Below are positions 54,730-64,000 of a stretch of DNA of 64,000 bases, piece after piece; positions within the stretch are counted from its first letter, which is position 1; every line of letters begins with the position of its first letter. Under the pieces are notes generated by a model. That model searched no databases. It saw only the letters and a program-made list of their open reading frames with translations, and was not told the origin of the DNA. The position numbers and the translations under genes are program-made. Origin of the DNA: Candidatus Woesearchaeota archaeon (GTDB lineage: Archaea; Nanobdellota; Nanobdellia; SCGC-AAA011-G17; CAYFGV01); the NCBI GenBank assembly GCA_964452525.1, contig CAYVLZ010000005.1, positions 6,979 to 70,978 of the forward strand. The letters are read 5' to 3'.

Positions 54730-55992
54730 TTATAATCCCCATTTTTTAATTGCTGTTTTTAGTTCTGGATGCGACTGTGCGTACTTCTTTAGAGTTATGT
54801 TCTGTAGTGATGCGTCTAGAGCTTGTTTAATTGCTTTTGCACCTTCTTTTGGCCCTCTGGGATGTCCGAATAAACCCCCCCCAAATTGGCATATTATGTC
54901 GTTTCCAAGGTATTTCATAAGTTTGGGTATTTGTGTTGGATATAAACCTCCGCTGCAAATTGCGAAAGTTGGTTTGATGTGATGCCAATTTTCAGCTAGA
55001 GTGTGGTTTGCTTCATCTTCCTTTATTATTTTCTTTTCTATTTCTTCTCCTATGTGCTGAACCTCTCTTTTACTTCCGGACATTTTTCCTATTATTGTGC
55101 CTATGTGGAGTTGGTCTATCCCTAATAATCTTGAAACATCAGCTATTACTAACATTGATACTCCGTGTTTGGGGTTTCTGGTTATTGCTGCGTGCCCGCT
55201 TCTATGGCCATGAATTATTAATTCTAGATTTTCATCCCTTAATGTTTGTAGAGATGACCAACCAGAAGTTATTATGTCTATCATGCAAAATCTTCCACCA
55301 TTTTCTTCTACAAATTTAGCTCTTTTAATCATTTCTTTAGTTTCTGCTGTTATGTTTGCTACGTAACCTTTTTTTTCTCCCGTTTCCTTTTCTACTTTTT
55401 TTCTCATCTTGAGAGTTAGTTTTACTCTTCTCTTAAATTGGTTAAAATTTAGGTTTCCTAGATTTTCGTCTTCTTTTATCATATCCATTCCGTTTTTCCA
55501 GAGAATGTAAGCGTTTTTAGCCTGTTCTTGAGAAGATAGCCCTACTTTTGGTTTTATTATGCTTCCAATTAGTGGACGTTCATGTACCTTTAGAATTTTT
55601 CTTATTCCAGGAATTCCGTATCTAGGTCCTTTAAAGCTTTTAATTATTTTATAAGGCCATTGTATATCTTCTAATCTCAGATTTTTAATTGCTTTCATAC
55701 CAAAAATGTTCCCTGCAATGCTTGAAAGTATTTGCGGCATATTTCCTTGTTCAAATAGTTGAGAAGGGTAAGCTATTTTTGTCCAGTTGCCTTTTATAGA
55801 GAATACCTTTGCTCCTATTTTTCTTATACTGGGTTTCATGGTTGATATTTTTGTCCAGGTTCCTATAGAAGATTCAGAAGCAATTTTCTCTGAAGCACTC
55901 TTAACACTTAACCCTTTTACGGGTTCTATGTAAAATGAACAGATTAGATCGTTTTGGGTTGGCTTATAATTTAGATTTACATATTTTAACAT
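54730..55992 (-). CDS. rbcL: Ribulose-1,5-bisphosphate carboxylase large subunit, form III (archaeal)
   Basis: SESSIGTWTKISTM (ESSTGTWT motif), GMDMIKEDENL (GLDFTKDDE-type), CQFGGGLFGHPRGPKEGAKA (C-terminal GG..GHP); 420 aa. Confidence 0.85.
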   Translation of the reverse strand: MLKYVNLNYKPTQNDLICSFYIEPVKGLSVKSASEKIASESSIGTWTKISTMKPSIRKIGAKVFSIKGNWTKIAYPSQLFEQGNMPQILSSIAGNIFGMKAIKNLRLEDIQWPYKIIKSFKGPRYGIPGIRKILKVHERPLIGSIIKPKVGLSSQEQAKNAYILWKNGMDMIKEDENLGNLNFNQFKRRVKLTLKMRKKVEKETGEKKGYVANITAETKEMIKRAKFVEENGGRFCMIDIITSGWSSLQTLRDENLELIIHGHRSGHAAITRNPKHGVSMLVIADVSRLLGIDQLHIGTIIGKMSGSKREVQHIGEEIEKKIIKEDEANHTLAENWHHIKPTFAICSGGLYPTQIPKLMKYLGNDIICQFGGGLFGHPRGPKEGAKAIKQALDASLQNITLKKYAQSHPELKTAIKKWGL

Positions 55993-57431
55993 TTTAGCAC
56001 CTTAGGAAGATCTTTTAAAGTTTTAATTATAAAATCTGGATTTTTCTTTTTTAAATTTTTCTTTGGAGTATTTCCACTAAGTACCGCAACAGTTCTTATT
56101 CCAGCTTTTTTTCCAGCTATTATATCATAGATTGAATCGCCTACCATGTAATCAGCTCTGATGTGTAGAAGCTTTTCTGCCCTGAATATCTCATCGGGAG
56201 CTGGCTTTGGTTCTTTTACGTCATCGTAACCGACTATTACATCAAATAAATTTATACTTATTCCTGCTGTGCTTAACAGTATTTCTATTTGCCTATGGGT
56301 GCAGTTTGATACTATAGCAAGTTTGTATTTTTTTCTTAATCTTTTTAGAGTAGACACTACTCCTTTGAAGGGTTTGATGTATTTTTTTGTCTCTTTTATT
56401 AGTATTTTATGCCTATCTTTTCTTATTTTTTCTATTTTTTTCTTCGATAACTTCGGATACAGTTTTTTTATAATCTTTGTTCCTAACATGCCAAACATAC
56501 TTTTAAGTTTTTCTGGATCTGTTTCTGGTAAGTTGTTTTTTTTGAAAGCTTTGTTGTAAGATAGAATATGTGATTTATTTGCATCTAATAAAGTATGGTC
56601 CATATCTAGACATATTAATTCTTTTATGGATTTGTATTCTTTTTTGACTTTTTTAATAAACTCTTTTGGCTTTAGGATTCCTAGTTCAGAGATTATGCCT
56701 GTTATGTGTTTTGGATTTATTATTTCAAAAGCAGGGTTTTTAATTTTTATTTTTCTGGGTGCATTTTTCCAAATCTCTTTGAAATTTCTTTGTTCTATGT
56801 CTACTCTTCTTGGCGAGAATTTCCAAGAGTCTGTTACTATGTAAACGGGAATTTTATGGTGATAAGCTATCTCAGCAAACATTCCCGAGCCTATTTTATT
56901 TATTACGGAGCCATCTGATAGTATAGCATCACAACCTAAAAGAACTAAATTTACTTTTTTCATTGTTTGGCTTTTTTTTAGCGCCACTCCTGCAGCAGAG
57001 TCCACCACTTGTGTTACATCTATTCCTAGTTTAGACAGCTCTTTTGCTGTTTTTCTTCCTTGATATAATGGACGCGTTTCTGTATTAAAAACTTTAAAAT
57101 TCTTACCTTGTTTTTTAGCCTCTTTTAATACTGAAATAACTGTAGAGCTGTGACAATGTGTAAATATTGTTGAATTGTTCTTTATTTTTCTGGTACCGAA
57201 TTTGTTTATTTTTTCTAGTGCTTCATTAAAGTGGTTCAGGGTGGTTTCAATTCCGTAGTCTTCTGCATAATCAAGAGCATTTTTTAGCATAGGTTCTGTG
57301 GGCCTTAAGCTTAGAAGCTTCTTTTTTGAAATCCCCTTTAACTTTAAACATTTAACGGCAGCTTTGGCTATATTCTGTGCACCCTGAATTCTTAAGGTTT
57401 TAATGTCTTTATACAACTTAGAAGTTTGCAT
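55986..57431 (-). CDS. Fusion protein: ribose-1,5-bisphosphate isomerase (eIF2B-like, e2b2) N-domain plus HAD-IA phosphatase C-domain
   Basis: N-terminal about 300 aa eIF-2B alpha/beta/delta-like (TIFTHCHSSTVISVLKEA...VLLGCDAILSDGSVINKIGSGMFAEIAYHHKIPVYIV). C-terminal about 170 aa with HAD motifs ICLDMDHTLLD (DxDxT), IVSNCT, KEPKPAPD, GDSIYDIIAGKKAG. 7-nt overlap with the rbcL start. Confidence 0.7.
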   Translation of the reverse strand: MQTSKLYKDIKTLRIQGAQNIAKAAVKCLKLKGISKKKLLSLRPTEPMLKNALDYAEDYGIETTLNHFNEALEKINKFGTRKIKNNSTIFTHCHSSTVISVLKEAKKQGKNFKVFNTETRPLYQGRKTAKELSKLGIDVTQVVDSAAGVALKKSQTMKKVNLVLLGCDAILSDGSVINKIGSGMFAEIAYHHKIPVYIVTDSWKFSPRRVDIEQRNFKEIWKNAPRKIKIKNPAFEIINPKHITGIISELGILKPKEFIKKVKKEYKSIKELICLDMDHTLLDANKSHILSYNKAFKKNNLPETDPEKLKSMFGMLGTKIIKKLYPKLSKKKIEKIRKDRHKILIKETKKYIKPFKGVVSTLKRLRKKYKLAIVSNCTHRQIEILLSTAGISINLFDVIVGYDDVKEPKPAPDEIFRAEKLLHIRADYMVGDSIYDIIAGKKAGIRTVAVLSGNTPKKNLKKKNPDFIIKTLKDLPKVLKC

Positions 57432-57496
57432 AACAGATTTCTAATTTTTCGTTATTTAAACTTTTCCAAAAATTATATAAAGTCGGTACTTACAAT

Positions 57497-58354
57497 ATGG
57501 TTATGGTTTTAGAATCTTTTAGAAGTCCCTTGAAAGCTATTGAAAAACCTTGGCATATGTTCTTTGTTGGATTACTTTATTCTATAATAGCTATATTTCT
57601 TGGAGTTTGGATATTTAAACAAAACTCTAGTTTGATAATGGTTTTCTTAGCTGTTTTAGCTACTGTTCCTTTAATGTATAAGACTATGAAGCAGCAAGAA
57701 AGTATGGACATAAAAGTTAAAGATGAAAGGGTTATAATGAAGAACCACGCTAGAGTCTTGGAATTTTTAATGTTTTTATTTTTAGGATTTTTAGTGGGTT
57801 ATTCTTTGATGTTCGTGTTACTCCCTGCAGGTATAGTGGCTGATCTATTTAGGATACAGTTAGACACTATAGCTGCTATAAATACAGAGATATCTGGAGA
57901 CATAATTCTATCACCTGGATTTTTTTCACAAATATTTTTCAATAACGTAAAAGTTCTGATGTTTTCTGTATTCTTTGCTTTCTTTTATGGTGCAGGTGCT
58001 ATATTTATTCTTACATGGAACGCTTCAGTAATTAGTGCGGCCGTAGGATCTTTTGTTAAAAATAGGATTGCAGAATATATGGCTGCTATTGGTTCTTTAA
58101 ACGCTTTTAATTACTTTCACCTTTTTTCGTTAGGTTTATTAAGGTATACCATTCACGGTATTCCCGAGATTGCTGCTTACTTTATGGGCGGGTTAGCAGG
58201 GGGTATCATATCTGTTGCTATGATAAATCATGATTTGATGACAGAAAGATTTAACATTATTATGAAAGATGCTTTAGAGTTATTGGTTTTGGCGATATTT
58301 GTGTTGTTTGTAGCAGCGCTGTTGGAAGTTTTCATAACACCTATGTTCTTCTAA
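57497..58354 (+). CDS. SpoIIM/DUF95-family polytopic membrane protein
   Basis: 6 TM helices; conserved IHGIPEIAAYFMGGLAGG near the C-terminus. Confidence 0.45.
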   Translation: MVMVLESFRSPLKAIEKPWHMFFVGLLYSIIAIFLGVWIFKQNSSLIMVFLAVLATVPLMYKTMKQQESMDIKVKDERVIMKNHARVLEFLMFLFLGFLVGYSLMFVLLPAGIVADLFRIQLDTIAAINTEISGDIILSPGFFSQIFFNNVKVLMFSVFFAFFYGAGAIFILTWNASVISAAVGSFVKNRIAEYMAAIGSLNAFNYFHLFSLGLLRYTIHGIPEIAAYFMGGLAGGIISVAMINHDLMTERFNIIMKDALELLVLAIFVLFVAALLEVFITPMFF

Positions 58355-58355
58355 A

Positions 58356-60980
58356 ATGGAGGATAAACAATCATTAGATGCTCTGGAACAGAGAAAAGAG
58401 AGATTATCAAATTATCTTAAAGATAAATATAACTATTTTGTTTATATAATCTTAGCTTTCTTGATTTGGTTTGGTTATTATATTAGAACAAGGAATCTTG
58501 ATCTATTAAAGGATGTTACTACAGGCAAATATATTCCTTTGGCCTTGGACCCTTTTGTTTTTTTAAGATATGTTAGATATATTCTAGAGCATGGGGCTTT
58601 AATGGTAAATGATGTTATGAGATATTATCCCAAGGGGTTTGATCCTAGAGCAGAGTTTTCTTTCTTGTCTAATTTTGTAGTTTATTTATTTAAATTTTTA
58701 AATACCTTTAATTCAGGTTTGACCCTTGAGAAGGTTCATGTTTTGTATCCGGCCATTGCTTTTGCTATCAGTCTTATATTCTTCTTTTTACTAGTTAGAA
58801 AGTTATTTGATTATAGAGTTGCTTTATTAGCTACAACTTTTTTAGTTATACTACCTACTTATCTTTATAGAACTATGGCAGGATTCTCAGATAAAGAAAG
58901 CCTTGCTATGTTGTTCATTTTTATGTCTCTTTACTTTTATGTCAGTGCTTGGAAATCTAAAAAATTGCAAAGAAATCTTCTTTTCGGGGTTCTATCGGGA
59001 ATTACAACAGCATTTGCGGCTTTGATTTGGGGAGGAACTACATTTGTATTCTTTACAATAGGTTTATTTGTTCTTGTTGAAGTTATTCTTAATAAATTTG
59101 CTAAGAAAGACTTTTATGTGTATCTTAGTTGGATAATACCAATAACAATCATATTGCCAATATATGGTAACTATACTCTTGATAGTTTAGTTACATCCTT
59201 ATCTACTGGTGTAGCTTTCTTTGCTTTATTAATGGGAATATTAAGCTTCATGGTTAGAGAGAAGAACATATTTAATCTTAAAACTAGGTTGTCCAAGTAT
59301 CCGACAGGATTGGTCTTATTTGTACTGACAGCTGTTGTTGGTTTGGTCATAATATCCATCTATAGTGGGCCTTCTTATCTCTTTGAGAGATTATCTTCTT
59401 CATTCACTACATTCATAAGTCCTTTTTCTGGGAGTAGGTGGTCTTTGACTGTGGCAGAAGCGCATCAACCTTATCTTATTAACCTAATAGGTAATCTTAA
59501 TTCTTGGTATTTTTATTCCGTATTAATTGCTTCTGTTCTTTTATTCTATGAAATGATAAGATCTTTGAAGCATTCCAAGAAATTGACAGCGCTTTATACT
59601 TTATTTATTTTTTCCTTTGTATTTAGTAGATACTCTCCAGATTCTGTTCTTAATGGTGTGAATTCTTTATCTAGTTTTCTGTTTGTTGGAAGTTTAACTT
59701 TATTTGCTTTAGCTTGGATTGGAATTTATGTATATTCTTTTTATAAGGATAAGGATCTTTTTGGTCAAATTCTCGGTATGGACAAGACATACATATTTGT
59801 ATTGATTTGGTTCTTATTGATGGTTGTTGCAGCTAGGAGTGCAGTTAGATTATTCTTTATATTCACTCCAATAACTGCGGTATTGTTTTCTTATTTAGTC
59901 TTTAAAGGAGTAGACTTTCTCTATGGTGTTAAAGACAATTTATATAAAATCCTTGGTTATGGATTTATTATACTTGTAGTTGTTTTATTGTTTAATGGTT
60001 TTGCTAAGTCTACTTTTGCACAATCAGCGGCATTAGGTCCTAGTTATAATCAACAATGGCAACACGGAATGTCTTGGGTTAGAGAGAATACTCCTGAAGA
60101 TTCTGTATTTGCTCACTGGTGGGATTATGGTTATTGGGTTCAAACCGGTGGGGAAAGAGCAACAATAACTGACGGCGGAAATACCGGAGGGGCATCTTTA
60201 AACTATTTTATGGGTAGAAATGTTTTAACAGCACCAAATGAAGAAGATGCTTTAGAGTTTTTGAAGACTAGGGGAGCTACTCATTTGTTAATGATATCTG
60301 ATGAGGTGGGAAAATATCCTGCTTTCTCATCTATAGGTTCAAATTATCAATATGACAGGTACAGTTGGATAGGTACTTATTCTTTAGATCTTAGTCAGAC
60401 TCAGGAGACTAGAGATGATGTGATATATTTCTATGGTGGCGGTTCCGGTTTAGATGAAGATATGGTTTATAATGGACAGTTATTGCCTAGAAGAAGTACA
60501 GTTATATATGGATTTTTTGTTCCTATGGCAGGGTCTGAAGATGGTTCAGCTTCTATAGGACAGCCTATGGCGGTCTTATTCTATAATGATCAACGATTCG
60601 ATATTCCTGTTGAATGTATCTTTATAGAGAACCAGGAGATTAATTTTGGGGGAGAAGGTTTAAAGGGTTGTTTAAGATTTATCCCTTCAATAAACTCTAA
60701 TAATGAAGCGAACCCCCTTGGAGCAATTCTTTATCTTTCTGAGAGGGTAAGAAATACTTTATTCACTAAACTTTATTTGTATGGAGAAGAGTCAAATAAC
60801 TTTAAGTTGGTTTATAATGACGAGAATTCTATGCCTCTGGCAGTTTACAGAGGAAGTGTCATAGGTCCTTTGAAGATATGGGAAATTAGTTACCCTGGCC
60901 ATATAGAAGAAAATCCCATATACTTAAATTCTTCATTCCCTGACCCGAAGGCAAATTTGGTTAATCCAGAATATTATTGA
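58356..60980 (+). CDS. aglB: Archaeal oligosaccharyltransferase AglB (STT3 homolog)
   Basis: 13-TM N-domain, periplasmic WWDYGYW motif (FAHWWDYGYWVQTGGERATITDGGN) and MI-type motif LLMISDEV. Confidence 0.85.
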   Translation: MEDKQSLDALEQRKERLSNYLKDKYNYFVYIILAFLIWFGYYIRTRNLDLLKDVTTGKYIPLALDPFVFLRYVRYILEHGALMVNDVMRYYPKGFDPRAEFSFLSNFVVYLFKFLNTFNSGLTLEKVHVLYPAIAFAISLIFFFLLVRKLFDYRVALLATTFLVILPTYLYRTMAGFSDKESLAMLFIFMSLYFYVSAWKSKKLQRNLLFGVLSGITTAFAALIWGGTTFVFFTIGLFVLVEVILNKFAKKDFYVYLSWIIPITIILPIYGNYTLDSLVTSLSTGVAFFALLMGILSFMVREKNIFNLKTRLSKYPTGLVLFVLTAVVGLVIISIYSGPSYLFERLSSSFTTFISPFSGSRWSLTVAEAHQPYLINLIGNLNSWYFYSVLIASVLLFYEMIRSLKHSKKLTALYTLFIFSFVFSRYSPDSVLNGVNSLSSFLFVGSLTLFALAWIGIYVYSFYKDKDLFGQILGMDKTYIFVLIWFLLMVVAARSAVRLFFIFTPITAVLFSYLVFKGVDFLYGVKDNLYKILGYGFIILVVVLLFNGFAKSTFAQSAALGPSYNQQWQHGMSWVRENTPEDSVFAHWWDYGYWVQTGGERATITDGGNTGGASLNYFMGRNVLTAPNEEDALEFLKTRGATHLLMISDEVGKYPAFSSIGSNYQYDRYSWIGTYSLDLSQTQETRDDVIYFYGGGSGLDEDMVYNGQLLPRRSTVIYGFFVPMAGSEDGSASIGQPMAVLFYNDQRFDIPVECIFIENQEINFGGEGLKGCLRFIPSINSNNEANPLGAILYLSERVRNTLFTKLYLYGEESNNFKLVYNDENSMPLAVYRGSVIGPLKIWEISYPGHIEENPIYLNSSFPDPKANLVNPEYY

Positions 60981-62488
60981 TTATGGATAGAACAAAAAAT
61001 ATTGGTATTCCGAATAAATGGTTGTATTTTCCAATAATCTCTTTATTGGTTTATTTAGTTATTAGGTTTTTTGATCAATCCCGGATAATAAGATACTTTC
61101 CCTTAGACCAGGTTAATGACATTGCTTCTTACATGGCTCAGCTTTTTTTCTTAACTAGGTGTGGTTTTCTCGAACTCTGTCCTTATTGGTATAATGGTTT
61201 TATTACATTCCAATTTACTCCACCGGGATGGTTTTTCTTTTCACTTCCTTTGTATTTAATTACTGGTGATGTGCTTTTCACCTCCTTTTTAATGTTAACG
61301 TTAAGTTATGTTTTCTCTTTCCTTAGCTTTTATTTTTGGGGAAAGATATTCAGATTTTCAGGAATTAAGAGAATTGCATTCTTTTTATTTTTCTTGGCAA
61401 ATGCTGTTGCTATAGGTAATTTTGTTAGATTAGGAAGACTTCATGAGCTTCTAGCTTGGTTGTTTTTTATTAATTTTGCTTTCCTTATTTTGTGGTATAA
61501 AAATAATAGGTTTGATGGAAAGAGTTTATTTCTGCCGTTTTTATTTGGGTTTATTATATTAACTCATCAGACTGTAGCTGTTTTATCTTCTGTTTTGATT
61601 TTGTCTTTATTTTTGGTTAAGAAAGGAAAGGAGAAATTTATTCTTGTAGGTTTGGCTATCTTGGGGTTCTTAGTTTCTTCTTTTTGGTCAGTTCAATATA
61701 TAATGTCTTTTAATAATGCTTGGGCTTCTTCCTTGGTAAAGACTAAGACTCTTTTTGATTTTAGTCAGAAAGTTTTATTTGAGAATCTTGTAACTATTAT
61801 GATCCCTATTGTGTTATGGATAATCTTTTATTATTATTGGGTGTCTAGAAACAAGTCTAAAAGCGAACTCTTGTTTTTCTTGCCTATTTTTATCCTTAGT
61901 TTTTTATTAATTTCTAGATTGGTTTATTTCGTTCCTATCTTTAAGCATGTTTTCCCTGATTCTTATAATCTCTTCTTTTTATTTTTTATTTTATTTTACT
62001 TATTCAAGACTGATTATAAAGTATTTAATCCTCTGGTTAAAAAATTATTATTGTTAGGCCTTGTTTTATTACCTATTATGAGTATAGGAGCTAATATTTT
62101 CTTAACACCACAGTTTACGATTCCAGGAGAATTGGAAAGAGATACTTTATCGGTGATTTCAAAGGTAGAAAATAAATTTTTCATAGTTAGAACTCCTTCT
62201 GAAAACAGTTATCCGATGGCTTATTATTCATATGCGTCAATCTATTATAATCTTTCTTCTCCTCTTGGTTTTCATAAGGAAGTAGTTTCTAAGGAATATA
62301 GAGATAGAATCAATACTGCTGGAGATTTTCTAGATTTTAAAGATTGTGAAGGTTTTGTTAGTTTGCTTGATGAATATCAAGTTTATGAAGTAATCTCTTA
62401 TAATGATGATTGTAAAATTTTTGAACAATGTGATTTTACAGAAAGGTTTAGAAAAAATGATGTTTGTTTGTATGATCTAGATCCTTAA
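60977..62488 (+). CDS. Polytopic membrane protein downstream of aglB (ATGA-coupled), hypothetical; possibly glycosylation-related
   Basis: More than 12 TM helices followed by a C-terminal soluble domain; stop-start overlap with aglB. Confidence 0.4.
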   Translation: MIMDRTKNIGIPNKWLYFPIISLLVYLVIRFFDQSRIIRYFPLDQVNDIASYMAQLFFLTRCGFLELCPYWYNGFITFQFTPPGWFFFSLPLYLITGDVLFTSFLMLTLSYVFSFLSFYFWGKIFRFSGIKRIAFFLFFLANAVAIGNFVRLGRLHELLAWLFFINFAFLILWYKNNRFDGKSLFLPFLFGFIILTHQTVAVLSSVLILSLFLVKKGKEKFILVGLAILGFLVSSFWSVQYIMSFNNAWASSLVKTKTLFDFSQKVLFENLVTIMIPIVLWIIFYYYWVSRNKSKSELLFFLPIFILSFLLISRLVYFVPIFKHVFPDSYNLFFLFFILFYLFKTDYKVFNPLVKKLLLLGLVLLPIMSIGANIFLTPQFTIPGELERDTLSVISKVENKFFIVRTPSENSYPMAYYSYASIYYNLSSPLGFHKEVVSKEYRDRINTAGDFLDFKDCEGFVSLLDEYQVYEVISYNDDCKIFEQCDFTERFRKNDVCLYDLDP

Positions 62489-63871
62489 TTTTAATATAGA
62501 TAGAGCAGCTTTAAGGTTTAATCTGAATCTGTGTACGGATTTCGTCCTTGTTATTTGTTGTAATATCTTTTTTGGTCTGAAATAGAATTCTCTATATGCC
62601 TTTTTTTCTATTTCTAACATTCTTTGTGGACTTACAGTAGGTAATTTGTGTACTGGAGTATGATAGACTCCGTATTTATCATAATCCTTTTCCAGTATTA
62701 ATCCTTGTTCATCTAGTTGTTTATAGACTTCACTTCCTGGGAAAGGTTTTAGTATGAGGAATTTTGCTAGGTCTGGATCTAATTCTTTTGCGAAATCTAT
62801 TGTTTGTCTTATCGTTTCTTCTGTATCTCCTGGTAACCCTATCATAAAGAAAGCCCATATCTCAAATTTGAATTTTTTTGCTAGGCTAATAGCTTTTCTT
62901 ATCTGATCTGTGTTAGTGTTCTTCTTTACAATCCTTAATATTTCATTGTTTCCAGATTCTACTCCGAATCCTAGACTATAGACTCCGATTTCTTTTAATG
63001 CTTTTAAAGTCTCTTCATCTACTTGGTCTACTCTTAATCCTTGTGGGATTGATATCGGGATATCTATGTTGCGTTCTTTGAATTCTTTACAGAAATCTAA
63101 AACTCTTTTTTTATTTACAGTGAAATTGTCGTCCCAAATGTGGATTTCTTTTGCCTTATATTTTTCTATTAAATGTTCTATTTCATCTAGGATATTTTTT
63201 GCACTTCTGAATCTGTATCTAAGTCCGCAAATCTGTTTTGTCTGACAATAAGTGCATTGCCCTGGGCAGCCTCTGCTTGTCATTATTGGTATTGTTGGAG
63301 AATACATTGCATCTGGATATGTGTACTTGAAATGTTTGAATAGATGTCTTGCTGGGAAAGGTAAAGAATCTAGATCGTTTATTAGTTCTCTATTTTTGTT
63401 ATTCTTTATCTTACCTTTTTCCTTAAAAGTTAGACCATCTATATCACCTAATTTTTTGTTTTTTTCTTCTAACTTCTTTAGAAGTTCAGACATTGTTATC
63501 TCTCCTTCGCCTCTTATAACGAAATCTACGTATTCTGAGGAGATTACTTCTCTAGGTTTTATTGTTGGGTGTATTCCCCCTATTGCAACGTACGGAACTT
63601 TATTTTCCTTGCACGTCTTTGCTAATAGTAAAGATGTTTTGAATAGTGGGGTTGCACAGCTTATTCCTACTATCTCTGGACAATATTCATTTAAGAATCC
63701 TTTGAGTTGATTTATGTCCATCTTTTCTATATCCATATCTAGGATATGTACTTGATGTCCGTCTTTTTCTAAAACTGCACCTATGTAAGCTAAGCCTATT
63801 GGAGGGTAGTCTGGGGGATCCATATCTCCGTAAGCTATTCTCTTTGATGGACTGATCAGTAGAGTCTTCAT
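62477..63871 (-). CDS. B12-binding-domain radical SAM protein (class B rSAM, methyltransferase-like)
   Basis: N-terminal B12-binding Rossmann (ISPSKRIAYGDMDPPDYPPIGLAYIGAVLEKDGHQVHILD) and MTSRGCPGQCTYCQTKQ (CxxxCxxC). Confidence 0.7.
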   Translation of the reverse strand: MKTLLISPSKRIAYGDMDPPDYPPIGLAYIGAVLEKDGHQVHILDMDIEKMDINQLKGFLNEYCPEIVGISCATPLFKTSLLLAKTCKENKVPYVAIGGIHPTIKPREVISSEYVDFVIRGEGEITMSELLKKLEEKNKKLGDIDGLTFKEKGKIKNNKNRELINDLDSLPFPARHLFKHFKYTYPDAMYSPTIPIMTSRGCPGQCTYCQTKQICGLRYRFRSAKNILDEIEHLIEKYKAKEIHIWDDNFTVNKKRVLDFCKEFKERNIDIPISIPQGLRVDQVDEETLKALKEIGVYSLGFGVESGNNEILRIVKKNTNTDQIRKAISLAKKFKFEIWAFFMIGLPGDTEETIRQTIDFAKELDPDLAKFLILKPFPGSEVYKQLDEQGLILEKDYDKYGVYHTPVHKLPTVSPQRMLEIEKKAYREFYFRPKKILQQITRTKSVHRFRLNLKAALSILKLRI

Positions 63872-64000
63872 TTTAATAGTATATGTGAAATAATCTTTTA
63901 AGCAACTTTGGATATAACGAAGGGGTATAAGCTATTGTATTTCCTATCGCGCATTCGAATGTACAATGACATTTGTTATTTTTAATAAACTTTTTTATTC

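Overview
This window is AT-rich (roughly 30-35% GC) and gene-dense on both strands, with many start/stop overlaps. Its information-processing genes are clearly archaeal: aRF1, PCNA, TFS, RpoL, L31e, L39e, S19e, Cbf5, Hjc, tRNA-splicing endonuclease, RNase Z, CysRS and ValRS. The compaction, tiny intergenic spaces, two tRNA genes with long or atypical introns and the abundance of surface proteins suggest a small-genome DPANN-like archaeon (Woese-/Pacearchaeota-like). That placement is an inference. No rRNA, CRISPR array, integrase or transposase was seen.

Main content, in order:
- 1-1371: a divergent pair of tRNA-maturation genes (RNase Z, EndA).
- 2.3-11.8 kb: an island of secreted or membrane-anchored adhesin-like proteins.
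- 11.7-17.9 kb: the radical SAM gene AmrS, Hjc, acylphosphatase, Cbf5, the L31e-L39e-PDCD5-like-S19e cluster and CysRS.
- 20.3 kb: an intron-containing tRNA.
- 20.5-24 kb: ValRS and aRF1.
- 24.4-29 kb: ScpB, then two paralogous GT-C-like membrane proteins and a processive GT2 synthase.
- 29.7-34 kb: MBF1, RpoL, AMMECR1, a transglutaminase-like protein, signal peptidase, TFS and PCNA.
- 34.1-40.5 kb: a seven-gene operon of prepilin-like (class III signal) proteins plus two large cysteine-rich secreted proteins, immediately followed by a candidate S-layer gene at 40.7-42.9 kb. This is the most likely undescribed surface system in the window.
- 44.2 kb: a 133-nt tRNA.
- 49.4-57.4 kb: an archaeal AMP-salvage module (AMP phosphorylase, form III RuBisCO, and an R15P isomerase fused to a HAD phosphatase), interleaved with a retropepsin-RimK pair and a Dph6-like gene.
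- 58.4-63.9 kb: an AglB oligosaccharyltransferase locus with a B12-radical-SAM gene.

All product calls rest on motifs read directly from the translated ORFs. No database search was run.
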